64,000 nt of DNA from an uncultured cyanobacterium (lineage in GTDB: Bacteria; Cyanobacteriota; Cyanobacteriia; Pseudanabaenales; Pseudanabaenaceae), in NCBI GenBank assembly GCA_963703315.1, contig OY969811.1:256001-320000 (forward strand), written 5' to 3'. Both the position numbers and the translations under genes were made by a program. Below are positions 1 to 10,381 of this stretch, one piece after another. Position 1 is the first letter of the stretch. Each line of letters opens with the position of its first letter. The notes under the pieces are model-generated. The model made no database searches. It was not told the DNA's origin and was given only the letters and a program-made list of their open reading frames with translations.

Positions 1-689
1 ATAGTCGGGACTTCCAAATGCCATTGCGATTTGGCAAATACTGCGGCGAGGGTTGCGACGACTAATCCAACTAAAGATCCGGGGATCGATTGATTAACGC
101 GATTCCATAATAGTTTTGTGCCGATGGTGAGCAGAGCTAAGGCGATCGCTAACCAGTTATAGCCTTCTAAATTAGTGATAGTTTGCCAAAGTGCTTGGAG
201 GAAATGCTCTTGATTTGGCAGATGTAAACCGAAGAAATTATTCAACTGTCCACAGAAAATAATTACGGCAATCCCATTGGTAAACCCTGCGGTGACAGGA
301 TAGGGAATGAATTTTACTAATCTTCCTAATTTGGCAACACCAAGGGCAATTTGGATGATCCCTGCCATTACCCCCGCAATCCACACTTTCTCAATGCCAT
401 ATTTAGCGACAATTCCCACTAAAACTACAGCCATTGCTCCCGTAGGTCCTGTAATCTGCACAGGCGATCCACCAAATACTGCCGCGACAACACCAGCGAC
501 GATCGCTGTATAAAGTCCTGCTTTCGGTTCTACGCCACTAGCGACAGCAAAGGCAAGGGCTAAGGGTAAAGCCACGACTGCGGCGGTAAGCCCTCCCGTT
601 AAGTCGCCACGAAAATTACTAAACAATCCCTTGAAAGGATTATTTTGGGTACTTTGATTCTTGCTTGCTAAGTTTCCTGATTGTGCCAT
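1..689 (-). CDS. SulP/SLC26-family anion (sulfate/bicarbonate) transporter, N-terminal part; runs off the window
   Basis: Hand translation from ATG at 689: MAQSGN...GDLTGGLTAAVVALPLALAFAVASG...GLYTAIVAG...FGGSPVQITGPTGAM...KFIPYPVTAGFTNG, typical SulP motifs; absent from the ORF track. Confidence 0.92.
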   Translation of the reverse strand, partial: MAQSGNLASKNQSTQNNPFKGLFSNFRGDLTGGLTAAVVALPLALAFAVASGVEPKAGLYTAIVAGVVAAVFGGSPVQITGPTGAMAVVLVGIVAKYGIEKVWIAGVMAGIIQIALGVAKLGRLVKFIPYPVTAGFTNGIAVIIFCGQLNNFFGLHLPNQEHFLQALWQTITNLEGYNWLAIALALLTIGTKLLWNRVNQSIPGSLVGLVVATLAAVFAKSQWHLEVPT

Positions 690-699
690 GAGATTTTGA

Positions 700-1020
700 T
701 TACTCTAATTTTTGCAGGGATTCCCGCATTTCAATAACGTGATTGTTAAAAAGCTCTAGCGCCGAATCCAATACCTTAAAAATCGTGGCATCACCAACGG
801 AATAGTAAGCAAAGTTCCCTTGTTTACGCGATCGCACCAAGTTGTAACGACGCATCACTGCCAACTGTTGTGACACTGCTGAGGGTTCTGCTTCGATCCA
901 CTGCGCGATCGAGTTGACGCTTTGTTCACCAATTCGTAGCGCATCTAATATTTGAATCCTGACGGGATTGGATAAAACTTTAAATAAATCAGCTTTGAAA
1001 TAGCTTGGTTCAAATGTCAT
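700..1020 (-). CDS. ArsR/SmtB-family transcriptional regulator
   Basis: FKVLSNPVRIQIL...SAVSQQLAVMR...LV winged-helix pattern; start chosen at ATG 1020 (track start 1038); ends 10 bp before the SulP start. Confidence 0.88.
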   Translation of the reverse strand: MTFEPSYFKADLFKVLSNPVRIQILDALRIGEQSVNSIAQWIEAEPSAVSQQLAVMRRYNLVRSRKQGNFAYYSVGDATIFKVLDSALELFNNHVIEMRESLQKLE

Positions 1021-1191
1021 ATAAATGACCTCATACATTTACACCTCCTCACTTTACGAGATAGGGCTGCAAGGTCGAAAGTGTGTTTAGTAGATTTTTT
1101 ACATTTAAAGGTATGTATATCTTAACCTATCTATATTCAAATTATTGCGGATAGTTTTTAAAATCCTTAATTAGATTAAAGCGTCTTAAGA

Positions 1192-2082
1192 TTAATCCAC
1201 GTACAAGGGGCGATCGCTTTGAGTGTTCGCTAAAAAATCTTCGAGCTTATTCCATTGTTTAGACTCGATTAAATCAATCACTTCTTGCAAGGATTGCTGA
1301 TAGGTATGAAGCGATCGCAGTACTGCCGATTGATTATATTCCGCCATCAGCCTTCCTAGCTCAGGATTACCACCACCTACGCGACTGGTATCACGAAAGC
1401 CTGAACTCGCTAAATTTTGCGCTAACTTTAAAACTGTCTGATCATCTTCTTGCTGACAAGCTGCTATTAAACTGGCGCTAATCATTACAGGTGCGTGACT
1501 AATCATCGCGACAGCACAATCATGATCTTCGGGGCTGCATTCATAAATGTTCATGCCCACTGACTGCCAGAGCGATCGCACTTTCGCCAATGCTTCATGA
1601 TCATTACTTGGCGTAACTACACAGGGACGATTTTGAAAGAGATTTCTTTCGGCAGCTAAGATACCTTGAAATGCAGTGCCAGCCATCGGATGACTCCCCA
1701 CAAATCTCTGCCCGTATTGTTCGCATATTTTGGAAGCAGGTTCTACGATCGCCGCCTTGACGGAACCAACATCGGTAAAAATTATATGACTTGGTAATTT
1801 TGGAGCAAGTGCGTCAATCGTCGGCACAATTGAGGTGATTGGTGTACAGATGACGACGATATCGGTTTGAGCAAGAATATGATCGGGGATATTCGCAATA
1901 TCGTTACTGGCAATATTTACAGCAGCGATCGCCTCGGCTTGTTTACAGGTTTCAGGATTGCGACTGATGCCCCACACATAATTATTTGGTTGTGAATCTT
2001 GTTTGGAATCTTGATTTGTAGCGAGAAGATCTAAACCTAACGATCCACCAATTAATCCCAGTCCAACAATGCCAATATTCAT
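1192..2082 (-). CDS. tyrA: Prephenate/arogenate dehydrogenase
   Basis: MNIGIVGLGLIGGS Rossmann start, TDVGSVK, FVGSHPMAG, SSGFRDTSRVGGGNPEL. Confidence 0.92.
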   Translation of the reverse strand: MNIGIVGLGLIGGSLGLDLLATNQDSKQDSQPNNYVWGISRNPETCKQAEAIAAVNIASNDIANIPDHILAQTDIVVICTPITSIVPTIDALAPKLPSHIIFTDVGSVKAAIVEPASKICEQYGQRFVGSHPMAGTAFQGILAAERNLFQNRPCVVTPSNDHEALAKVRSLWQSVGMNIYECSPEDHDCAVAMISHAPVMISASLIAACQQEDDQTVLKLAQNLASSGFRDTSRVGGGNPELGRLMAEYNQSAVLRSLHTYQQSLQEVIDLIESKQWNKLEDFLANTQSDRPLYVD

Positions 2083-2132
2083 ATAGTCTCCAATGCAATA
2101 AAGGGGTGCAAAGCACCCCTTTATTAGCATAT

Positions 2133-2369
2133 TTAGAACTTGCGGAGGTCAATACCAGCTTCCTTAGCAAATGCAGCAAGACCCTTCTTTTGCAAAGTCT
2201 TGATTGCTTTAGTGGAAATTTGTAATTTTACAAAGCGCTTTCCTTCTTCCCACCAAATTCTCTTATCTTGTAAGTTTACGTGTTGTAAGTGCTTATGGCG
2301 TTTGTGTGAGAAAGAAATCGATACGGCATTATTGGCTTTTTTGCCTGTTAGTTGGCATACGCGACTCAT
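2133..2369 (-). CDS. rpmB: 50S ribosomal protein L28
   Basis: [22 protein letters not shown]...QHVNLQ. Confidence 0.97.
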   Translation of the reverse strand: MSRVCQLTGKKANNAVSISFSHKRHKHLQHVNLQDKRIWWEEGKRFVKLQISTKAIKTLQKKGLAAFAKEAGIDLRKF

Positions 2370-2459
2370 GGTACTAGTCTCCTATTTTTTCAGTCCAGCT
2401 AACCATATTACAACCTTAAAGCATTCTTAGGCAATACTATAGCAAAGCAATAGTTGGTT

Positions 2460-2512
2460 AAACCCAGAAAGAGAGTTGCGGCGCGGAGCGCCGCAACTCT
2501 CTTTCTGGGTTT
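2460..2512. repeat. Perfect palindrome, 25-bp arms, GC-GGA-GC loop; related copies at 9117-9146 and 44289-44341
   Basis: aaacccagaaagagagttgcggcgc-gga-gcgccgcaactctctttctgggttt. Confidence 0.9.
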
Positions 2513-2652
2513 GTGTCCTAAGCAAAACTTTTTTGCTAGATAAAATTTTTGTCAAGGTGATTGCTGGGACAAGCGAATTTTTTTATTTGCTAAGATAACC
2601 AAAAATTGTTATTAATCCGCGTTCAGACCTTTATTTTGCTATACCCAATACT

Positions 2653-5600
2653 ATGCGTCCCCTTGAGCTAATTGTCGAAGGATTTACCAGTTTTCGCACT
2701 CGTCAAGTATTAGATTTTACGAGCCTTGATTTGTTTGCGATCACAGGCGCAACGGGGGCGGGCAAAACTTCGCTATTGGATGCGATTACCTTTGCCTTGT
2801 ATGACAAGGTGGCAAACAAGCCAAATTCATCCAAAGAATTAGTTAGCCAAGGAGCTACGCAGCTAAAAGTGGAATTTCGATTTGAGATGCGCCAAACGGA
2901 ATATCGGGTATTACGAACTTGGCGCAATCGGGGCAAAACCGATGAAAAGAAATTTCTGTTTGATCAATTAATTGATGGGGAATGGGAAAGATGCGATCGC
3001 GCTCAAAAGGTAGAAGACATCATCGGTATGGACTTTGAGACTTTTACCCGTGTGATCATTCTGCCGCAGGGACAGTTTGATGAATTCCTTAAAGGCGAGG
3101 CTGCTAAACGTCGCGAAATTTTACGACAGTTGGCAGGGTTTCAAATTTTCGAGCAAATGCGGAAAGAGGCAAGCGATCGCACTAGTCGTTTTAAAGCTGA
3201 GCGGGAAGGTTTAGATAAAGTTCTGGAAGGGATGCAAGCGCCAACTAAAGACGAAGTGGACGCACAACAATTAGAATTAGCCAATCTAGAAATTGTAATT
3301 CCTGAATTGGACATTCAAGCAAAGCAAAGTCATAAACTCTTGGAAGTAGAAGAAAGACTCTTTACTCAAATTCAGCAATATCAGCAGCTTTCTGGAAAAT
3401 TATCCCAATTGCAACAGGACGCATCACAAATCCAAGTTTTAGAAAATCAATTGCGAAATGCTCAGTTAGCGAATTCGATTATGGGAACTTGGACAGTTCT
3501 CCAGACTGCGCGTAAGCGAGTGGAACAGGCGATCGCTGATCTTGCCAAAGCAAATAAACAGCTAGAAATTTCTAGGCTTGATCTCGATCAGCAGCAACAA
3601 GCCTACGAACAATCGCGTACTGAGCAAAGCGCCACCCAAAGTCATATCGAAGCGCAAGAGCGCAATCTCGCCTTGGCAGAATCTCTACATACACAGCAAC
3701 AACAATCAGCAACGGAGTTAGAACGTTCTGAACAGAATGTTTTAGAGCGATCGCAGATTCTTCAAAAAGCAAATCAGACTGTAACTAATGCCGAATCAGA
3801 TTTACAAGCCATTACCCAAAAGTTGCAAATCCTTGAAGCTTCGCTTAAAAGTTCTCAGTATGATCCCACTAGACTCGAACAACTGCGTCAAGTTGCCGAA
3901 CCACTTACGCAATGGCAGATTTTGCAGAATAATCTAACTAAGCAGCAGCAAAAATCTAACCAGTTACAAACAGAAATCCAGAAATTTACGCAACAACTAG
4001 AGAAAGCACAACAAGCGATCGCTAAGACTGAAAATGATTTTCAAGTCGCGAGTAATGCTCTTAAAGAAGCAGAATTGACTAATTTGCAAGCATTACAGAC
4101 TAGTCACGCTAACGCCTTACGCGCCGAATTGCATGATGGTGATAACTGCCCCGTGTGTAATCATCTCTATAGTTTAGAGGGATTGCCAGAACTTCCTGAA
4201 TTAGAATTAATTGATACAGCAGGATTATTAAAACAGAAGGAAATCGCTGAGCGACAGTTAGCGAAATCATTACAAGACAAGGCAAAAATTGAGGCTAGTC
4301 TGGAAGCTTCGCAGCAACAGTTTCAGATTCAAACTCAGGAAATTAGTGATCTGGAATCACAACTTGCCAAATTGCAAAAACAGATTGATCAAGTTCTAAA
4401 ATCTGCTTGGCAAGCGGTCGATATCCTCCGCGATCGCCAAGCACTCGAATCTCAAGAAGCCGCTTATCTCAAGCTAGTTACTGAACAAAAGGAAATGGCG
4501 ATCACCTGTCAAAATACCGAAAACAAACTTAAAACTAGCCAAGAAAATCTACAATTAGCTCAAACAGAATTTGATAAATCAGCACAGGAAAAAGTACTGA
4601 GAGAATCGCAACTACAGGAAATTTCGCAACGGTTGCTAGCAATTACTGATGGCAAAAGTTATGAATCCTTGCGTCAAAGTATTTTGCAAGCAAAGAAGGA
4701 ACTTAGCGATCGCCTCAAAACCATCGAAACCCAATATCAACAAGCCCGTGAAACCTTTGCTAAACGCGAAGAATCGGCTACTAAAGCTCAAGAAAATCAC
4801 GATCTCGCAATTGCCGAGCAAGCTCAACAGGAATCCCATTGGCAACAGGAACTTACCTCTATTAACTTTACCGAGTTAGAGTTTCTAGCTGCTCAAACTG
4901 TGCGATCTCAAATGGACGCATGGCAACAGCAAATCGAGAACTATCAACGTCAAGAGCAGGATTTAACTACGCGCTTACAAATGTTTGCTGAGGCGATCAC
5001 TGATCGCCAAACTGATGAACAGGCGATCGCGAAATTGCGTGAAGCATCTCAACAAGCCGAACAAGGATTACAAATAGCTAGTGAAAGTCGCGCCTCGATC
5101 AAGGCATGGCTAGAACAAGCCCAACAAAAACGTCAAGAATCGCAGGAACTAGAAGAACGTAAAGTTGCTTTACAGGCTCAAGAGCAGACCTATCATACCC
5201 TCGCTCAAGACCTCCAGTCTAATCGATTCCAAGAATATATTCTCGATAGTTTGCAACAGGAACTCGCTAACCGTGCCTCAGTTCTCTTACAACAACTTTC
5301 GGAAGATCGCTATATTCTCCAAATAGAAAGCGGTGATTATTGGGTAGCGGACAATTGGAATGGTGGTGAAAAGCGTCGTGTACGCACCCTCTCAGGTGGT
5401 GAAACCTTTGCGGCTTCTCTTTCAATGGCGCTGGCTCTATCAGAAAGATTATCAATGGGGATTGAACTTGGTAGTCTTTTCCTTGATGAAGGTTTCGGCA
5501 CGCTCGACAGTGAAACCCTCGAAAGCGTTACCCAAATCCTCGAATCCTTACGCCAACAGGATCGCTTAATCGGTGTGATTACGCATATTCAATCTTTAGC

Positions 5601-5667
5601 TGAGCGATTACCCACCCAAATTCATGTTCGTAAATCAATCAATGGTTCAGAATTAGTGAGGATTTAG
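2653..5667 (+). CDS. sbcC: SbcC/Rad50-like SMC ATPase
   Basis: Walker A GATGAGKT, LPQGQFDEFL, long coiled coil with CPVC zinc hook, LSGGE signature, FLDEGFG. Confidence 0.93.
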   Translation: MRPLELIVEGFTSFRTRQVLDFTSLDLFAITGATGAGKTSLLDAITFALYDKVANKPNSSKELVSQGATQLKVEFRFEMRQTEYRVLRTWRNRGKTDEKKFLFDQLIDGEWERCDRAQKVEDIIGMDFETFTRVIILPQGQFDEFLKGEAAKRREILRQLAGFQIFEQMRKEASDRTSRFKAEREGLDKVLEGMQAPTKDEVDAQQLELANLEIVIPELDIQAKQSHKLLEVEERLFTQIQQYQQLSGKLSQLQQDASQIQVLENQLRNAQLANSIMGTWTVLQTARKRVEQAIADLAKANKQLEISRLDLDQQQQAYEQSRTEQSATQSHIEAQERNLALAESLHTQQQQSATELERSEQNVLERSQILQKANQTVTNAESDLQAITQKLQILEASLKSSQYDPTRLEQLRQVAEPLTQWQILQNNLTKQQQKSNQLQTEIQKFTQQLEKAQQAIAKTENDFQVASNALKEAELTNLQALQTSHANALRAELHDGDNCPVCNHLYSLEGLPELPELELIDTAGLLKQKEIAERQLAKSLQDKAKIEASLEASQQQFQIQTQEISDLESQLAKLQKQIDQVLKSAWQAVDILRDRQALESQEAAYLKLVTEQKEMAITCQNTENKLKTSQENLQLAQTEFDKSAQEKVLRESQLQEISQRLLAITDGKSYESLRQSILQAKKELSDRLKTIETQYQQARETFAKREESATKAQENHDLAIAEQAQQESHWQQELTSINFTELEFLAAQTVRSQMDAWQQQIENYQRQEQDLTTRLQMFAEAITDRQTDEQAIAKLREASQQAEQGLQIASESRASIKAWLEQAQQKRQESQELEERKVALQAQEQTYHTLAQDLQSNRFQEYILDSLQQELANRASVLLQQLSEDRYILQIESGDYWVADNWNGGEKRRVRTLSGGETFAASLSMALALSERLSMGIELGSLFLDEGFGTLDSETLESVTQILESLRQQDRLIGVITHIQSLAERLPTQIHVRKSINGSELVRI

Positions 5668-5710
5668 TATGTTTGTGTATCTCGCACTGCGAGATACACA
5701 AACATACTAA
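5664..5710. terminator. Perfect 22-bp-arm hairpin between convergent genes (likely bidirectional terminator; triloop family)
   Basis: ttagtatgtttgtgtatctcgc-act-gcgagatacacaaacatactaa; left arm contains the sbcC stop codon. Confidence 0.7.
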
Positions 5711-5715
5711 GAATA

Positions 5716-8700
5716 CTAAGAAGGAGGAGTAGATTTAAGATATTTGTAGAGCCAGCCACAACCGCCTAGACAGGTACGCTTATCCTCCTCAGAAACATTA
5801 ATATTTGTTCTCAGATATTCCTGTAACCATTGACAGCCACGCATTAGCAGGTTCTCAAGATCGAGATTCCACATGATGATTTTGCGGTCTTCACCTGTTG
5901 ACACTAAAATCTTGCCATTGGGACTAAAGCACACACTTCTGACAGGACCTTGATGACCATTAAAGGTTCTCAGTAATGTACCATCACCACTCCAGAATTG
6001 AATTGTGGAATCTTCACTCGCTGAAACAATCGACTTGCCATCGGGGCTAAAACAGACGCTAGTAACTTCTGCACTATGCCCATTTAAAGTTTTAATTAAT
6101 TGACCTTCAATGCTCCAAAGTTTTACGCTCTGATCCATACTGCCACTGGCAATCATTGTGCCATTGGGATTAAAGGCGATCGCATAGACTTCCGCACTAT
6201 GTCCGTCTAAGGTTGTTAAAAGAGTACCATCCCAACTCCAAAGATTAATCAGTTTATCCTTGCTAGCGGAGGCAAGCATACTTCCATCAGGACTGAAATC
6301 AATACTGTAAACTTCAGCCGTGTGACCTGTGAGAGTCTGTAGCCATTTACCATCGGCACTCCAAACTCGCACAGTACCATCAGCGCTACAGGAGGCAAAA
6401 ACTTGACCATCACAACGGTAAACAACTTTATAAATCTCGGCACGATGGGCGCTAATCGTATCAATTAAAGTGCCATCGGTTGACCACATTTTGATACTAG
6501 CATCGGCGGCGGCGGTGAGAAGCGTGGAGCTATCGGGGCTGAAGGCGACACAGTTTACTTTATCATTATGTCCTTCTAATACAGTCTCAAGGGAACCATT
6601 GGCATTCCAAAGATTGACGGTTTTATCTTTGCAAGCGGAGGCTAAGAACTTGGAGTTGGGACTAATGGCAACAGAGAAAACCTCATCAGTATGTCCTAGT
6701 AAAGTTCGTAATGGTGTACCCCGAATTGCCCAAAGTTTGACTGTAGTATCTCGGCTTGCTGATGCTAGAGTTTTGCCGTCGGGACTGAAAGCGATGCTAT
6801 GCACAACATCACCATGTCCTTGGAATGTATAGATTAAGCCTTGTTCAATATCCCAAACGCGAATGGTGCGATCAAAACCACTAGAGGCGATCGTGTGGTT
6901 GTCATGACCAAAGGCAACGCTCCAAACTTTATCAGAATGTCCATAAAAAGTTTTGATTAAAATTCCGTCTGATCCCCACATTTTGACAGTGCGATCTCGG
7001 CTTCCTGAGACGATCGCTAGTCCATTGGGCGCATAGGCTACACTTTCGACAAAGCTATCATGACTGCGTAAATGCCGAATCGGTACACCCATCGTATTCC
7101 AGATAATCAGGTTGCGATCGGCACTGCCTGAAACTAGAGATTTACTATTGGGGTGAAAAGCTACACAAGTTACCCAGCGATCGTGACCGCCGCGCAAAGT
7201 CCGAATGACCGTACCATCACTTTTCCAGAGCCTAACGGTTGTATCTTCACTGGCTGAGGCGATCATTTCCCCGTCATGGCTGAAACATACATCGAGGACT
7301 GGTCCTTCATGCCCCTTGAGAGTGGCGATCGGTTGTGGCTCAAATTCTCCTGTAGTTAGATTGCGCCGCCACAGCTTTACCATATTGTCACGGCTACCAG
7401 AGACCAATAAATTGCCATCAGGACTAAAGCCCACACTGGTAACCCAGTTAGTATGTCCGACTAAGGTTTGGAGTAAAACGCCTGAGGCATTCCAGATTTT
7501 GATCGTGCGATCGCTACTTGCTGAGGCGATAAATTGACCATCGCGAGAATAGCAAACTTTATTCACCCAAAAGCCATGTCCCTCCAGACGATTATATTCA
7601 TGGGTTCCATAGACAACTTGCTCTAGAGCCGTAATCGCCCGAATTTGGGTATTAGCACGGAGGTTCTCAAGAGTACTCTCATCAACTTGAGTGGTCAGAC
7701 GTTTGAGTTGCACCCCACCAATCACCCCTGCGATCATCGCTTCAATGTGATTGTTAGAGAGATACAGTGCTTCTGAAGAAATGGTAAGAGCGACGATTTT
7801 TTCATTAATTTCGCCCATCTCGGCAATTACCCGTTGACGACGCTCCGCATCAAGGCTTTTTTCGAGTTCCTGACTCAGTTTTTCAAGGCGATCGGCATCA
7901 GCAGCCCGCGCCGCCACCATTTGTTCGCGTTCATTGACTCTTTTGGAGGCTTCGAGAAAATTAAGATCAATTTTAGATAGATCGGTTTGAATCTCTGCCC
8001 AATCCAATGCCTCCAATAGCCTAGTTCCCCGCAAAAGAGCCGACTCGTCAGTTTCTTCTGAACGTTCCCACGCTTGCAAAGCCTCAACATAAGGGCAGTT
8101 ACGCAGTTCTGAGAAATGAACTTTTTGGTTGACTTTGATCACAACAATCGAAACATCATCGTCAGGTACAGTGAGTCCTGAAAATTCATCAAGAGCCACT
8201 TTTAATCCATTGAGAATTTCTGTTGCTGAAGATTGAGCTAAGCGAATGACAGTTCGGCGTAGTGGGGAGATTTCTTTGTCATTGGAGCGCCCAAATTCAT
8301 CACCCAGTTCATTAGTTTGTTCAAATAGTCCATCACTGAAAAAGATGGCAATATCGCCTTCATTTAGCGATCGCGAGATGGATCGATAGGCAGCACTTTC
8401 AAAACGTCCAAGGGCGATCGCGGGGTTAACAACTTCTTCACAAATATTAGTCTTAGCGCGATAAATCAAAGGACCGGGGATACCCGCATTACCTAAATGT
8501 AGATCATAGCTAACAAGGTCAAGCGCTCCATAGCAAAAGGCGATCGCATCATCAGTGCCACTTTTACACAACAATTGATTTAAGGAATTGAGCATAGAGA
8601 TGGGGTTTTGCAACCTGCCCTGCTGTCCATAGGCATCCAGTTGTCCCTTAAATAAAGCGGCATGGATGGCTCCAGCGACGGATTTCCCTGATGAGTCAGC

Positions 8701-8883
8701 GATCGCCACTGCCAATGTCCCAGACTGCTCTAAAAATTGATAATAATCTCCACCCAGATCTACCGCCGTCCAAACTTCCGCAGCAATATCTAGCCCAGGA
8801 TAAACAGGCAGCTTTTGGGGCAATAAGCTTCTTTGAAGCAATCGCCCACTTGATAGGTCACTGAAAGTTTCATTTAACTGCAT
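5716..8883 (-). CDS. SpoIIE/PP2C-type Ser/Thr phosphatase domain fused to a helical linker and 14 WD40 repeats
   Basis: LQRSLLP, GGDYY, IADSSGK, FSDGLFE, DDVSIV in the first ~250 aa; 14 countable GH...W repeats in the C-terminal half. Confidence 0.88.
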   Translation of the reverse strand: MQLNETFSDLSSGRLLQRSLLPQKLPVYPGLDIAAEVWTAVDLGGDYYQFLEQSGTLAVAIADSSGKSVAGAIHAALFKGQLDAYGQQGRLQNPISMLNSLNQLLCKSGTDDAIAFCYGALDLVSYDLHLGNAGIPGPLIYRAKTNICEEVVNPAIALGRFESAAYRSISRSLNEGDIAIFFSDGLFEQTNELGDEFGRSNDKEISPLRRTVIRLAQSSATEILNGLKVALDEFSGLTVPDDDVSIVVIKVNQKVHFSELRNCPYVEALQAWERSEETDESALLRGTRLLEALDWAEIQTDLSKIDLNFLEASKRVNEREQMVAARAADADRLEKLSQELEKSLDAERRQRVIAEMGEINEKIVALTISSEALYLSNNHIEAMIAGVIGGVQLKRLTTQVDESTLENLRANTQIRAITALEQVVYGTHEYNRLEGHGFWVNKVCYSRDGQFIASASSDRTIKIWNASGVLLQTLVGHTNWVTSVGFSPDGNLLVSGSRDNMVKLWRRNLTTGEFEPQPIATLKGHEGPVLDVCFSHDGEMIASASEDTTVRLWKSDGTVIRTLRGGHDRWVTCVAFHPNSKSLVSGSADRNLIIWNTMGVPIRHLRSHDSFVESVAYAPNGLAIVSGSRDRTVKMWGSDGILIKTFYGHSDKVWSVAFGHDNHTIASSGFDRTIRVWDIEQGLIYTFQGHGDVVHSIAFSPDGKTLASASRDTTVKLWAIRGTPLRTLLGHTDEVFSVAISPNSKFLASACKDKTVNLWNANGSLETVLEGHNDKVNCVAFSPDSSTLLTAAADASIKMWSTDGTLIDTISAHRAEIYKVVYRCDGQVFASCSADGTVRVWSADGKWLQTLTGHTAEVYSIDFSPDGSMLASASKDKLINLWSWDGTLLTTLDGHSAEVYAIAFNPNGTMIASGSMDQSVKLWSIEGQLIKTLNGHSAEVTSVCFSPDGKSIVSASEDSTIQFWSGDGTLLRTFNGHQGPVRSVCFSPNGKILVSTGEDRKIIMWNLDLENLLMRGCQWLQEYLRTNINVSEEDKRTCLGGCGWLYKYLKSTPPS

Positions 8884-9171
8884 ACACTGATAGGCAGAGC
8901 GATCCTCAGAAGAATTATTATTAGCACAAACATCAAGTATTTGTATCAGTCAAACCATTTATTAAGACGGTTTTCAAAAAAACTCTGTACTGTACACACA
9001 GAGCATAATACCCCTTAAGACAGGGTAACTTAATACAATTAAAATCTTATTTTTATTAATTTGTCCTTAACTAGAGCTGTCACCATTTACCTTAGGACAA
9101 ATTAAAACCCAATTAGCGAGTTGCGGCGCGAAAGCGCCGCAACTCGTCTTCTAATATTGATGGAGAGCAAT

Positions 9172-9200
9172 GTAGGGATAACTCAATAAATTATCCCTAC
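9172..9200. repeat. GTAG...CTAC REP-like palindrome, degenerate copy
   Basis: gtagggataactcaataaattatccctac; compare 11700-11727 and 16679-16706. Confidence 0.65.
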
Positions 9201-9257
9201 GTTAATGACGTATCGACATGAGTTAAAAGTTGCAATTTCGCCAATTTAATATTGACG

Positions 9258-9761
9258 TTATTCACATTCAAGGGTTTCACGGGTTAATCTACCAGTAGTA
9301 GGATTTTGTCCCTTGGCTATTTGACAGAGCTTTTGACGAATGGGAGCACGCAAATCCACATTCGTAAAGTCAGCACCATCAATAATTACATTGTTAAAGG
9401 ATGTACCGTAGGCAAAGGAACCCTCGATTACAGCATTGGTTAAGTTTGCCTTATCAAGGCGGGCATTATCAAGAGTGCTATAGCTGAGATTTGCACCTGT
9501 TAAGTTTGACTCTTTCATATTTGCTGCAAAAAAACTGACTCCTTGAGCATCAGCATTCACAAACGATGTATTTCGCAGATCGGATTCATTAAACTGATAA
9601 CCTTGAAGCGATCGCCCCGAAAAGTCGGCTCCTTCAAGGAAGGCTTTTACATATACATCAGCTAAAACGGATTGACCATCAAGCAGGATCAGCGCTAAGC
9701 ACAATAATAAACTGATGGCTTTGAAGATAAAATTGCGTAGGGTAAAAGCTGCGATTTTCAT
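9258..9761 (-). CDS. Pentapeptide-repeat protein with signal peptide (probably thylakoid lumen or periplasm)
   Basis: Hydrophobic N-terminus, A(D/N)LXX repeats, C-terminal LC...GQNPTTG..TRETLEC. Confidence 0.88.
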   Translation of the reverse strand: MKIAAFTLRNFIFKAISLLLCLALILLDGQSVLADVYVKAFLEGADFSGRSLQGYQFNESDLRNTSFVNADAQGVSFFAANMKESNLTGANLSYSTLDNARLDKANLTNAVIEGSFAYGTSFNNVIIDGADFTNVDLRAPIRQKLCQIAKGQNPTTGRLTRETLECE

Positions 9762-9825
9762 AATCTTAATTTATATATGTTAATGAGACTATCACAAGCC
9801 GTTATCTCCTTGTGAAATCAATCCT

Positions 9826-10221
9826 ATGACTAAACAAATAGGCGATCGCGGCGAAATATTAGTAGCCCAACTTCTGCAAGCAAATGGTTGGCGGATTTTA
9901 GAAACTCAGTGGCGTTGTCGTTGGGGAGAGTTGGATTTAATTGCTTGCGATCGCCAATGGTTATTATTTGTGGAAGTAAAAACTAGAAGCGATCGCAATT
10001 GGGATGCGGATGGTAGTCTGGCGATTACTTCCCAAAAACAAGCGAAGCTGATCAAAGCTGCATCGATATTTTTAGGTCAAAATCCTCACTTAGCCACACT
10101 TTCTTGTCGATTTGATGTTGCCTTAGTCCGACACACGCAAGCTAATTCCATAGATTCGCAAACTTCTCAAACTTCAAGTTTTTATCTACAAACATATATT
10201 GAACAAGCTTTCGTTGCCTAA
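9826..10221 (+). CDS. YraN (UPF0102) family endonuclease-like protein
   Basis: GE...W.CRWGELDLIA...FVEVKTR...CRFDVA. Confidence 0.9.
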   Translation: MTKQIGDRGEILVAQLLQANGWRILETQWRCRWGELDLIACDRQWLLFVEVKTRSDRNWDADGSLAITSQKQAKLIKAASIFLGQNPHLATLSCRFDVALVRHTQANSIDSQTSQTSSFYLQTYIEQAFVA

Positions 10222-10323
10222 TACCAATTCACAAAAGTGTTGGCACACTTTTGTGAATTAAAAACCAAACCCAATCAGGGTTTTCAAAACTAAAAATGGC
10301 TACGCCATTTTTAGTTTTGGTAT
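10221..10323. repeat. Short MITE-like element with ATACCAA...TTGGTAT ends and two internal hairpins
   Basis: First 20 bp ataccaattcacaaaagtgt is the exact reverse complement of 42942-42961. Confidence 0.6.
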
Positions 10324-10381
10324 ATTTAGTTTTGGTATAAAAGAGAGTGATAGTGCTTCGCGCTATCACTCTCTTTTAGGT

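Noticed and set aside
307..513. 68-aa plus-strand ORF and the many similar short overlapping ORFs in the track
   Set aside because: Antisense or alternate-frame shadows of well-supported genes
2653..5667. SMC-like protein as Wadjet or Lamassu defence
   Set aside because: It has an SbcC zinc hook and motifs, host-like HIP1 density and no partner genes; sbcD may lie elsewhere
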